In this document: positions 50,615-63,674 of the stretch, one piece after another
How the letters are laid out: the number at the start of each line of letters is the position of its first letter
Numbering within the stretch: position 1 is the first letter of the stretch
NCBI GenBank assembly: GCA_951406725.2
Contig: OX597816.1
Span: forward strand, 4,526,001 to 4,590,000
Reading direction: 5' to 3'
Length of the DNA stretch: 64,000 nt
Source: Octopus vulgaris
Taxonomy: Eukaryota
The notes under the pieces: model-generated
Told to the model about the DNA's origin: nothing
Seen by the model: the letters and a program-made list of their open reading frames with translations, nothing else
Database searches by the model: none
Position numbers and translations under genes: made by a program

Positions 50615-51025
50615 TAAAGGAAGGAAGGAAGGAGAAGAAGAAGAAGAAGAAGAAGAAGAAGAAGAAGAAAGAGAAGGGGAAGGAGAAGAAGAAGAAGAAG
50701 AAGAAGAAGAAGAAGAAGAAGATGGAGTAGAGGAAGAAGGGGAAGGAGAAGAAGAGGGAGAAGAAGGAGAGGAGGAGGAGGAGGAGGAACAAGAAGAAGA
50801 AGAAGAAAAAGAAAAAGAAGGAGGAGAAGAAGAAGAAGAAGAAGAAGAAGAAGAAGAAGAAGAGGAAAAGAAGAAGAAGAAGAAGAGGAGGAAGAAGGAG
50901 AAGAAGAAGAAGAGAAGAAGAAGAGGAAGAAAAGAAGAAGAAGAAGAAGAAGAAGAGGAAGTAAAGAAGAAGAAGAAGAGGAAGAAAAGAAGAAGAAGAA
51001 GAGGAGGAAGAAGGAGAAGAAGAAG
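50615..51025. repeat. (GAA)n-rich homopurine tract
   Basis: Directly visible. Confidence 0.97.
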
Positions 51026-51446
51026 CGACCTGAAAGAGAGCTTGTAGCGAGTATTTCCAGTGACAAAAACTAAACGACCTCCTCCTTGGTGGTGAAGTGA
51101 GCCTATTCTTAACTCAATATGATTGATGTGATTAAACACAATCTTTATTCAGTTGACAGCTGACTTATTTTATTCAAACAAACTGAAACTATGATTGATA
51201 GAATGTTAATCAGGTTTTTGTTTATTTACTCTTAATCCATGTCCTCATGCACCTATTCGGGATTACCTTTAATCCATTCACCACTTCTAATCGCAATTTC
51301 AGTCTCTTTATCTTTCATCACCACCACCACCACCACCATCATCGTTATCATCATCATCATTTTAATATGATAATAATGAAATTATTGTATACAGTACTCA
51401 GGTGCACCACAACTTGTCAAAAGTGCATATAAAGCATATGCATATG

Positions 51447-51447
<1 letters not shown>

Positions 51448-51495
<48 letters not shown>

Positions 51496-51785
51496 GTCAT
51501 CATCGTCATCATCGTTTAACGTCCGTTTCCCATGCTAGCACAGGGTTGGACGGTTCGACCGGGGATCTGGGAAGCCAGGAGGCTGCACCAGGCTCCAGTC
51601 TGATCTGGCAGTGTTTCTACAGCTGGATGCCCTTCCTAACGCCAACCCACTCCGTGAGTGTGGTGGGTGCTTTTTATGTGCCACCGGCACAGGTGCCAGG
51701 CGAGGCTGGCCACAACCACAATCGGTTGGTGCTTTTACGTGCCACCGGCATGGAAGCCAGTCAAGGCGGCACTGGCAACAGCCAC
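51448..51785 (-). mobile_element. RTE 3'-UTR repeat (family D)
   Basis: (CAT)n then cgtttaacgtccg... Confidence 0.9.
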
Positions 51786-51789
51786 ATAT

Positions 51790-52180
51790 AAATGTCTAGA
51801 AAGCAAACAGTGTATGAGTCGGATACATGCTTGCGTATATATGGAGGGGAGAAAATCTGGTGGAGTGTTGGCGAATCTCAGGAAGCATGGAAGTTTTGAA
51901 GGATGCAGTGCTCCGACAACTAACAATTGATGCCGGCAGTCTGTTCCATGCTTCAGCAACTCTCAGCGTGAAAAAATGTTTCCTAAAGTCATGGAAGGAG
52001 CTGTGCTGTTTTCTTACTTTGTAAACATGTCCACGGGTGTTAGACAGATGGAGTTTGAAAAGGTGCTCAGAGTTATTGTTTGTAAGATGGTTAATAATTT
52101 TGTGGGTGTCTGCCAAGTCTGCTGCCAGACATTGGAGTTTCAATGTATCCATGCCCATGGAAGTAAGGCGTTCGGAATAT
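51790..52180 (-). mobile_element. CR1-group LINE ORF2 C-terminal fragment
   Basis: YSERL..TL..DL..HKII..TRGH.YK..RKHFFTLRVAEAWNRLP..FK. Confidence 0.9.
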
Positions 52181-52524
52181 GACTGGACACCCTTCCTGCT
52201 GCCAACCCTCATTTGTTTCCAAGCAAAGTAATACTTCTTCATGGCTGGGCATGTTTTCACAGATGATTGAAAACAAACAACACTGCTTGCATCATGATGA
52301 TATATGTTTATAGATTATTGTCTGCCAAGTCTGCTGCCAGACGTCGGAGTTTGATGTCCCTTGATAGAATGAATCAGATTGAATTTGTTGTGGCAGATTT
52401 TCTACAGCTGGATGCCTTTCCTGTCTCTCACTTGTCTCCCCATAGCAAGATCTGTTTTTCCTGGAAACACTGGAAATGAATAGCATCACTCGTACAAGGG
52501 AGATATTCATTTATGACCATCATT

Positions 52525-52984
52525 TGAGGTCTGGACAAGCGTCTGCATCAGCATGGGACCTAAGAGGTAGACCCCGGAGGATGTGGGACAAGATGGTGAA
52601 GCCTGATCATCTGGTGTTGGGTCTTGAGGAGGAGATGAGAAGTGATTGAGAAGTGATTGAGAGGATTGAACGAGGAGATGAGAAGTGATTGAGACCTTTT
52701 GACAATTTGCTGTGCTTGAGAAAACTCATCAAGCCTAGTGAAATCACAGTTATGGCCAGTGCTGGTGACACTTAAAAGGCACCTGTGCCAGTGACACACG
52801 AGAGGCACCCACTACACTCTTGAGGTGGTTGACATTAAGGAAAGGTGTCCAACCATAGAAACCAAAGCCAAATCTGACTGGAACCCAGTAGAGCTCTCTG
52901 GCTTGCCAGACTGGGTCAAACCATCTGACCCATGCCAACATTGAAAACAGATGCTAATTGACGACGATGATGATGATGATGATG
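52525..52984 (+). mobile_element. Decayed RTE 3' fragment plus family D UTR
   Basis: agaggtagaccccggaggatgtggga (RGRP..W) then family D tail. Confidence 0.75.
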
Positions 52985-53062
52985 ATATATATATCTACAC
53001 ACACCTGCATATACACAAACACAAACACACATGCACACATGCATATATATGTTAATATCAAA

Positions 53063-53475
53063 CAGGTGCAGGAGTGGCTGTGTGGTAAGTAACTTGTTTA
53101 CCAACCACATGGTTCTGGGTTCAGTCCCACTGCGTGGCACCTTGGGCAAGTGTCTTCTGCTATAGCCTCGGGCCGACCAAAGCCTTGTGAGTGGATTTGG
53201 TAGACGGAAACTGAAAGAAGCCCGTCGTATATATGTATATATATATATGCGTGTGTGTGTTTGTGTGTCTGTGTTTGTCCCCCTAGCATTGCTTGACAAC
53301 CGATGCTGGTGTGTTTATGTCTCCGTTACTTAGCGGTTCGGCAAAAGAGACCGATAGAATAAGTACTGGGCTTACAAAAGAATAAGTCCCGGGGTCGAGT
53401 TGCTCGATTAAAGGCAGTGCTCCAGCATGGCCGCAGTCAAATGACTGAAACAAGTAAAAGAGAGTAAAAGAGAGT
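53063..53475 (+). mobile_element. SINE family C, full length
   Basis: Matches other copies. Confidence 0.95.
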
Positions 53476-53588
53476 GAGGTTGAGTGCTCAATACTGGATT
53501 GGTGGATAAATATCCTTTATTTGTAGATTAACAAGACTAACATTGGTCCATGTAAGATTTTGTTGTTAAAAATTTATGGGTAATTTAT

Positions 53589-54185
53589 GGTGCAGGCGTG
53601 ACTGTGTGGTTAGAAGCTTGCTTCCCAACCGCATGGTTCTGGGTTCAATCCCACTGCTTGGCACCTTGGGCAAGTGTCTTCTACTATAGCCTCGAGCCCA
53701 CCAAAGCATTGTGAGTGGATTTGGTAGACGGAAACTGAAAGAAGTCTATCGTATATCATCATCATCATCATCATCATCATCGTCATCATGTAATGTCTGT
53801 TGTCCATGCTGGCTTGGGTTGGATGATTTGACCAGGGCTGGCATGCTGGAAGGCTGTGCCAGGATCCAGTCTGATTTGGCCTGGTTTTCTATGGCTGGAT
53901 GCCTTTCCTAATGCCAACCACTCTGAAAGTGTAATGGATGGTTTTACATGCCACCAGCACGGGTGCCATTTGCATGGTTTGTGTGGCTGTGTTTGTCCCC
54001 CACCCCACCATCGCTTGACAACCGATGCTAGCATGTTTACATCCCAGTAACTTAGTGGTTCAGCACAAGAGACCAATAGAAGTACTGGGCTTACAAAGAA
54101 TAAGTCCTGGGGGTCGATTTGTTCGACTAAAAGCAGCGCTCCAGCATGGCCACGATCAAGTGACTGCAACAAGCAGAGAATAAAA
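53589..54185 (+). mobile_element. SINE family C with a minus-strand family D insert (about 53756-53975) in its centre
   Basis: C head, (CAT)n plus D body, then C tail. Confidence 0.88.
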
Positions 54186-54902
54186 AAATAAGTAGTTTTA
54201 CTTCTGCAATGCAGAAAATATTTTAAGTAAATTTTTTTTTTTTTTGTAGAATTCCTAATAATTTCAAAAATATAAGATTTTTAAAACATCAAAAGATTTT
54301 GAGGTCCCATCTGGGTGAAACAGGAATCAAAGAGGTCCAACGGCAAGAAATGGTTGGAAAACACTGCCGTAGATCTTCAGTAGCAAATAACCAATATTGA
54401 AAATGACTTCAATGCCATAGAGGTATGCTTACCATAATAAATAACTCGATACCAAAACACCAATATAACACAGCAGGAACGTGACAAACCTCCACAGCGC
54501 CTCTTTATCGATTCTTCGGTTTTTCTCTTTTTTTTTTGCTATTTTTCATTTATTTTGCTTTCCTTCCATTCTTTACATCAAACCAAATTCTTCCTTGACC
54601 TTCCTTTCATTGGTTGGTTTTTCCTTATTTTAATATTCTTTGTTCTTTGTTTGTCTTTCTCCTCCACTAACTCCATCACCATCTCATTTTATATTATTGC
54701 TTCCTCTTTCTTTCTCTCTCTCTCTTACTGTCGTAGTGTCACTCTTTCTCATTTTTACCATGTGTGTGTTTGTGTGATGTATGTATGTATGTATGTATGG
54801 AGCATACATGTATGCATATGTATGTATGTATGCACGCTCACGCATATGCATATATCTATGTACATGAGTGTGTGTATAAATATTTATATCTGCATTTCTA
54901 TG

Positions 54903-54936
<34 letters not shown>

Positions 54937-55295
54937 CATACATACATGTGTGTGTGTGTGTGTGTGTGTAGTGTATGTGAGGTGGGGGATGTCATTCCTT
55001 TTTGGATCTATCCTTCTCCATCCCACTGTCCACCCCATCACTTTGATATTTATCCATGTCTCTTTCCACTTCAATACTCTCTCTCTCTATATATATATAT
55101 ATGCGTGTGTGTGTGTGTGCATTTGTGCATTTCTTTTTCTTTCTTTCTCTACTTCTCTATGCTTTCTCTCGCTCCTTCTCTCTCCCTCTCCTTATCTTTT
55201 CCTGTTTGTCACTATCTATCTATTTATCTATATATATATATATGTATATATATAGATAGATAGAGAGAGAGATAGATAGATATAGATATAGATAT

Positions 55296-55330
<35 letters not shown>

Positions 55331-55625
55331 CATCCATATATATATGTATATACACATATTTATATATATAAATATATATACATACATCCATATATATATG
55401 TATATACACATATTTATATATATATATAAATGTATATATATACATACACATATAAATATAGATATATACATAGACATATATATATATAACCTTTGTCGTT
55501 TTCCGTTTCCTATCAAAAAAGCGCCACATCACTTTAGACTTGCTCAGTCCTCATACCTCAGAGGCAGCTACGACTTTCATTTTATCCATTTCCTATATTT
55601 CAGTCAGCGTTATTCCTATCATCAT

Positions 55626-55666
<41 letters not shown>

Positions 55667-56473
55667 GCAACATTCGTCCTAAACTAGGACTGCCATGTTA
55701 TGCTGGCAAACATTCTTTACTCCAAAGTACTCAGAGACTTAGAAGTCTCTGAGATTTGATTTAGAAGCGAAAGGAACGGTTGGGGACTCTACTGAGGGGG
55801 GGAAAAAAGGGGGAGGAAGAATTGAGGGGAAGGACTGGTGGGTGTGTTGGGGGACGTGGCCGGGTAGGGTGGCTGATTGATGATGAGGATGATGAGGATG
55901 TATTGATAACGAGTCTTTCTTTAATTAATCGTTGTCAGTGTTATCGTTATCCATGTTGGCATGAGCACTATCGTCGTCAACAGCAACAACAGCATCCTCC
56001 TCCTCCTCCTCATCATCATCATCGTCATCATCATCATCATCTTCATCATCCTCATCATCATCCTCATCCCCATCCTCATCATCCTCATCATCATCACCAT
56101 CATCATCCATATTGGCATGAGCACCATCGTTATCAACAGCAGTAGCAGCGTCATCATCATCATCACCATCACTGCCACCACCACTACCACACTCCCACCA
56201 TCATCATCATCCTCTTATCAGATGAATGTTATCAAGACTCCAACCTTTTGTCATTACTAATCTGGTGTTCGGAATATAACCCAGAATTTTGAGAAAATAT
56301 TTTAATTTAGATCACTTTAATCCTCCATGTTTCATATTTTTGCTGAAATACACGAATTTTGTTTCAATTAACTTATAAAATAATAAAGAATTTATCAAAA
56401 TAATTTTGTCCTTCATAAGCTGTTTTTAGAATCATCAATTAAAATAAAATACTGAAAGGTTTTAATTTAGACT

Positions 56474-56854
56474 TTGGCATTCAAAGTTACCCCAACTGCA
56501 GAACGGGGCGCCACTGCATGGCGCCAAAGATTCCAACATCACCATCAAAATACAGGTCCAGATACTGCAACAGCTTGGGTTTCAGAGGACCACAGCTCTT
56601 TAACATCCTCCCTAAATGCCTGAGAGACTTACATGGTGTGGATGTGGGTTTCTTTAAAACTAAGCTGGATCTCTTCTTGTCGGGGGTCCCAGATGAACCT
56701 ACCTCACGACAGGAGACACAGATGTGAGCAGCGGCATCGAACTCCCTTGTTGATCAAGTGCCATGTATCAGAGGTGGATTCACATATTAGTGTAGCTCAT
56801 TCAGCGGTGGTGTCCCAGCATGGCCGCAGCCTTCGGGCTAAAACATTTTTAAGG
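56474..56854 (+). mobile_element. CR1-group LINE 3' end with complete tail
   Basis: RTGRHC..SLGFRGPQLFNILPKCLRDL..FKTKLDLFLSGVPDEP..AASNSL; TSD atttagact at 56465-56473 and 56855-56863. Confidence 0.88.
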
Positions 56855-57205
56855 ATTTAGACTATTTTAACCCTTTGAAAGTTGACCAGCAAATCTGTGT
56901 GGAGAATTGAACTCTGCACCTCTCAAATTCCAGTTGAGTGCTCTATTCTGTTAAGTTAAATGATACCTGACAGATTATTTGAACCTTTTTTTTTTATACC
57001 AACCCACCTGACCTCAGCCCTAGTTCTATGATGCAATCTTCCTGTTTTAAAAATTATTTGAATTCAAACCTTTCAGCAAAATTCCATCTCAATCTATTTT
57101 CTAAACACCACTATAATTATAACCAAGATATTTTTCTGTACAAACTGCATTTTTTTTCTATAAATTACCTGAAACAAATGCAGTGAATTCTGTTGTGTCT
57201 GGAGA

Positions 57206-57445
57206 GAGTCATTCTCTTTTGGTGCCTTATAATTTAACACAATCACTGATAAAATGTCTACTCATTTATTTTTCTAAAATTTTCTTTGCATCTTGAAACC
57301 TTTTCAATAGTTTTTGACCATTGTTGTTGAGAGTCAAAAACTATCGAAAAGGTTGCAAGACACAGCGAAAATTTTAGAAAGATAAATGAGTAGACATTTT
57401 ATCAGTGATTGTGTTAAATTATAAGGCACCAAAAGAGAATGACTC
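57206..57445. repeat. Fold-back with 113-bp arms and 14-nt loop
   Basis: 57206-57318 versus 57333-57445 are near reverse complements. Confidence 0.93.
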
Positions 57446-58086
57446 AGATATTGTTTTGAGCAGAGTAGGGGTGCTAGATTCCCTTGTTCAAAAATATAAG
57501 GACACAGATTGTGTCATATAGTCAGCTGGAGACGATGTCTCCTGGGGGTAAATTATAGTAACATTCATCCTAAACCAGGATTGCCATGTTATGTTGGCAA
57601 ACATTCTTTACTCCAAAGTACTGTTGCTGAATATCTCACGTTGTGAGGTTTACAAATAGTAATTTTCTGAAGTTACCTGTTGTAGCAATCAGTGGTTGAA
57701 CAATCACAAATGGGAAATAGTTGTGCTATGTTTCTAGCAGGGAAAATTCCTGTCTACTCTCTGCTGTCTCAATCAGATGGATGTTATGACGAGACTGTAG
57801 ATGTTGTGCAACTGCCACAACATTCTGGTGATTATCACCAAACACCAACTTTATATGAACCACAATGAGAAAGTTCTAGAAAATCAAATCACATGATGGC
57901 TTGGCACCGACTGGTCGCATAGTATACTGATCAGTCAAAACAACTGTGGTCTGATCCTGTTGTCTGCTTGGCTACCAAGTGATTCAGTTTCAAATCACCA
58001 CTACAGTAGCAAAATGTTGAGCTCCTTTCTATTCCCTTTAAGGGTTCAGATAATTCCTGAAAGTCAACACTTGTTAGACTGTTTTA

Positions 58087-58685
58087 AACCTTTCAGTGGG
58101 GTGCTAAGATCACCATCCTAGTGTGATCATTGCCAGAGTGGCTAACTGGCTTCCATGCCGGGGGAACGTAAAAGGTACCATTCGAGCGTGATTGTTACCA
58201 GCATTGCCTTACTGGTACCTGTGGCATATGTAAAAAGATTTGAGCGAAGTCATTGCCAGTACAGCCTGGCTGGCCTCCGTGCGGTGGTGCATAAAAAGCA
58301 CCCACTACACTCTCAGAGTGGTTGGCGTTAGGAAGGGCATCCAGCTGTAGAAACTCTGCCAGATCAGATTGGAGCCTGGTGCAGCCATCTGGTTCGCCAG
58401 TCCTCAGTCAAAATCATCCAACCCATGCTATCATGGAAAGCGGACGTTAAATGATGATGATGATGAGGATGATGTTACCGTATTTATTTTGAGATGCTGT
58501 TTTTCTCTCAATTATTTTAAATATAACAAAGAATTTAATAAAATTACTTCGTTATCATTCAGCTAGTGTTAGGAACATAAATTGGGACTAAGGTTTGGTG
58601 GAAGATTTTAATTCAAAAACTTATGAAAACAAGGCATTTCTACTACAGAGCCAGAGCCGGTTCCAGCTGGATTTGTATCAAAGGA
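58087..58685. mobile_element. piggyBac-like MITE split by a family D insertion (about 58095-58473, plus strand)
   Basis: Joining ttaaacctttc to gttaccg reconstitutes a CCTTTCGTTACC-like TIR; other end tgtatcaaagg; related AT-rich bodies at about 56250-56470 and 56980-57190. Confidence 0.5.
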
Positions 58686-59315
58686 GCCAATGTGTTTATT
58701 CCTTTTGTTGTTTGACGGAAAACTCAAACATACAATTTTTCATTGTGGCAGAATATTTGCTTAAACATTTCTATGTTAACTTGTATGGTTCCCATCACCA
58801 TTTTCCAGAGTTCTGTCATATTTTGTTTCTACTTTTATCTTATTTGTAATACCTTATTTGTTCCATGGCTGCTGCCTTCCGTTGCATTTTCACAATACTT
58901 TGAGGGCTCATTTATCATATAAGTTTTTGAGGTTTATCTGTTTTATACATGATGGATTCAGTTACAATGCATTTATTGGTTGGCAAAGGTCATCGCTTTC
59001 ATGTTTCTTTCATTTTGTTTACATTATGCGATCTTCCTCTCAGTTTTTTTTTTACTTTAATTTCTCGGATCTTGTTCATAGATTTTCATAAAATTTCCAT
59101 AGATCCACAAGTGTATTCAGATTGATATTTTCTCAATTTTTCATTAGTTTCCCTTCACTTTGATAATTCTCTTTTATGGTGATCATGTGTTTTTCAATGT
59201 GGTGTCGATGTGTAATAGCAACACAACGGAACACAGCAGTGTCACCTTTGCAAGCATAATGTTCTATATTATCATTATCATCATCATCATCATCATCATC
59301 ATTATCATCATCATT

Positions 59316-59552
59316 GGTTTCAAATTTTAACACAAGACCAGCAATTTCAGACAATGGAGCAGGTCAATTACATCACCCCACCCCCACCCCACCCCCAGTA
59401 CTCAGCTGGTACATATTTTATTGACCCCCCCCACCAAAAGGATGAAAGGCAAAGTGGATCTCAGTGGAATTCGAACTCATAACATAACAGCTAGTGAAAT
59501 ACCACAAAGCATTTCACCCTGCACGCTAATACATCTGCCACATCCCCGCCTT
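59316..59552 (-). mobile_element. Decayed SINE family B
   Basis: aaaggatgaaaggcaaagt..gaattcgaactca..ccccgcctta. Confidence 0.8.
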
Positions 59553-59589
59553 AATTTTTTTATCATAACAACAGTTTTTGTTGTTGCTA

Positions 59590-59619
59590 TCATCATCATC
59601 ATCATTATTATAATTTTTA

Positions 59620-59659
<40 letters not shown>

Positions 59660-59689
59660 TATTATTGTTATTATTATTATTATTATTAC

Positions 59690-59725
<36 letters not shown>

Positions 59726-59785
59726 TATTATTGTTATTATTATTATTATTAAACTTGCTCTAACCATTATATTACCATCACACCC

Positions 59786-59855
<70 letters not shown>

Positions 59856-59886
59856 ATGGTGGTGATGATGATGGTGATGGTGATGA

Positions 59887-59920
<34 letters not shown>

Positions 59921-60155
59921 GGTGGTCATGGTGATGGTGATGGTGATGATGATGATGATGATGATAATGATGATGATAATAATAATAATAATGATGATAA
60001 TAATAATAATAATGATGATAATAATAATAATAATAACAACAACAACAATAATGATAATAATAATAATAATAATGATAATAATAATAATAATAATAACAAC
60101 AACAATAATGATAATAATATTAATAATAATAATAATAATAATGATAATAATAATA
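59590..60155. repeat. (TTA)n, (GAT/GGT)n and (TAA)n compound tract
   Basis: Directly visible. Confidence 0.95.
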
Positions 60156-60353
60156 AAGCTAGTAACACTTATATATAAAATGAAGTTATAAAACAGAAGT
60201 AAATAATAATAATAAAAAAAGCCAAAAAACAAACCGCCCAAAAATTCTATGTAAATATGTCATTATGAGAAAATAACGTGACATAAATCAAAGACAGTAA
60301 AATATATTCCACAGCCAAAAATAAACAAAACAAAAACAAGAAGCAAGAAATAA

Positions 60354-60391
<38 letters not shown>

Positions 60392-61940
60392 ATAAAACAT
60401 GTTGTATCTAATGGTATGAGGTTGAGATATCTAAAGATGCAATGGGCTTTGCGTGGTTTTGTGCACAAGTTTACGCCAGCTGCATTTGTTTGGTGCTTAA
60501 TCTATGGGTAAATTAATGCAAGAGGATCTTGCAAGGGTATTCAGAGGAAATAAGTAAAATATAGATAGGTGCGTGTGTGTGTGTGTGTGTATGTATGTGT
60601 GTGTGTATGTGTGTGTATGTATATATATATGTGTATATATATAGATGTATGAATATATGTATTTATATATATATGTATGTAGATATATATATATATGCAT
60701 GTATGTATATGTATATATATATATGTATGTATATGTATGTATACATATATATGTGTGTGTGTATGTATATATATGTATATATAGATATACATATATATAT
60801 ATATATATATGTGTGTGTAAATATATATATGCAATATATATACGCGTATATATATATATATATATGTATGTGTATGTATGTATGTATATATTTCTATATA
60901 TGTATGATTGTACACGTGTATATGAATGTATACAACTCTCTCTTCCTTTCTCTCTCTTTCCCTATGAAATATATATATATATCTATATATGTCTGTATGT
61001 GTGTGTATATATATATATATATGAGTATATGTTTATACGTATGTATGTATACATATATGTATATGTATATATTTATATCATAAATGCACATTTATATATA
61101 TTTATTTATATTTACATAAATGCCTGAAGACATACACAACAAGGGAGAGGGGAAGTGTGTGTGTGTGCGCACACGTGCATATATGTATGTGTGTGTGTGT
61201 GTGACTAAGACACACAGACAGACATAGACTTGCATATATTTATATACACAGGTATACCTTCATGCATAAATATATTTTACTTTTCCTTCGCTAATATTTA
61301 TGTATGTGTGTATATGCATGTGTATATATTTGTATATATATGTGTGTGTGTGTGTTTGAGTGCCAGTATAAACACGCTCACATACACACACACACACATA
61401 CACACACACAGTCATACAGAGAGATGTACGGACAAAAACTTAGAGCATTGAACATATATTGTAAAGGTTACGTTCGGTTAATATATGTGCATCATCATCA
61501 TCATCATCATTCGCGTTGTCGTCATCATCATCATCATCATCTTGATCTGACGTCTGCTTTCCATGCTGGCATGAGTTGGACGACTTGACAGGAGCTGGCA
61601 AGCCAGAGGACTGCACCAGGCTCTACTCTCTCCTTTGGCATTGCTTTTAAGGCATGGTACCCTACCCAATGCCAACCATTTTACAGAGTGGCCTGGGTGC
61701 TCTTTCTGTGGTGCCAACAATGGTGAAGTCCATACAGACACATATGGGTAGAACAGCACCGAAGGTATCAAGTTTTAGTAGGACACAGTAGATATATATA
61801 TACCTGTTATTGTGCCTAGCCATTTTTGGCATCCTGCTCATTGATGTGCCTAGATTCTATTGAATCCTATAACTAATTCATACTTACACATGTGTCACAT
61901 CTTTCGCTTGTTCTCTCTTTCTTTCCCTCACCCCCTCCTT

Positions 61941-63120
61941 ATACATACATACATACATACATTCACACATACATACATACATACATACGTACACACATAC
62001 ACACATACATACATACACACATACATACATACATACATACATACACACATACATACATACATACATACATACATACATACATACACACATACATACATAC
62101 ATACATACATACACACATACATACATACATACACACATACATACATACATACATACATACATACATACATACACACATACACACATACATACATACATAC
62201 ATACATACATACATACATACATACATACACACATACATACATACATACATACGTACACACATACATACATACATACACACATACATACATACATACATAC
62301 ATACATACATACGTACACACATACATACATACATACACACATACATACATACATACATACATACATACATACATACATACATACACACATACATACATAC
62401 ATACATACGTACACACATACATACATACATACACACATACATACATACATACATACATACATACATACATACATACGTACACACATACATACATACATAC
62501 ACACATACATACATACATACATACATACATACATACATACATACATACATACATACATACACACATACATACATACATACATACGTACACACATACACAC
62601 ATACATACATACATACATACATACATACGTACACACATACATACATACATACATACGTACACACATACACACATACATACATACATACATACATACATAC
62701 ATACATACATACGTACACACATACATACATACATACACACATACACACATACATACATACATACACACATACATACATACAAACATTCACACATACATAC
62801 ATACATACATACGTACACACATACATACATACATACATACACACATACATACATACATACATACGTACACACATACACACATACATACATACATACATAC
62901 ATACATACGTACACACATACATACATACATACATACACACATACATACACACATACATACGTACACACATACATACATACATACACACATACATACATAC
63001 ATACATACGTACACACATACATACATACATACACACACACATACATACATACATACATACATACATACATACATACATACGTACGTACGTACGTACGTAC
63101 ATACATACATACATAACATA
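61941..63120. repeat. About 1.2-kb (TACA)n tetranucleotide array with CACA/TACG variants
   Basis: Directly visible. Confidence 0.98.
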
Positions 63121-63556
63121 CATATGTTAAATAAAATGAAACAGCAAAACCAAGGCAGTTAAAATTTCTAGGATATTTATAAACAGAAAAGTAATCTTAC
63201 AGGGCATGACCTTGCAGGTGGGGCCCAGTTAGAATTTTCTTCTGGTCAAGTAATCCATCCCGCTCAAAAGGTCCCTGAATAAGGGTTGTTTAAGGATGTT
63301 GAACGAAACCCCCATGTTTCCAGATGTGAATTATTCAAACCCCAAAGAATCCCTCTCAACACATGGCTATGATGCTCCCCCACTACTTCTGCTCGTGATC
63401 AGAGATGCACATATTGTCAGCCCCTAAGGGACATGCTCGACTGGTTAAGGTCAAACAACTGACAAGCAAATCTGTGGTATATTTGCTGTAACCCATCTGT
63501 AACCCATCTGCAAATCTGCAGAATATTTGCTGTAACCCATCTTTTATACCAAGACA

Positions 63557-63557
<1 letters not shown>

Positions 63558-63597
<40 letters not shown>

Positions 63598-63674
63598 TAT
63601 TCAGGTCATTGCCTGGAATCAAACTTGGCATCTTGGGGTTAGTAGCCCACGCTCTTAACCACTGCACCATATGC
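63558..63674 (-). mobile_element. tRNA-Ile-like SINE head or retro-copy followed by (AAT)n
   Basis: Minus strand TGGTGCAGTGGTTAAGAGCGTGGGCTACTAACCCCAAGATGCCAAGTTTGATTCC resembles eukaryotic tRNA-Ile(AAT); acceptor stem not intact. Confidence 0.65.

Noticed and set aside
61860-63130. ORFs of about 400 aa (HTYI/MYVC repeats)
   Set aside because: Stop-free (TACA)n array, open in several frames.
63601-63674. Functional tRNA gene
   Set aside because: Acceptor and T stems are broken, and it is followed by an (AAT)n tail; treated as SINE-derived.
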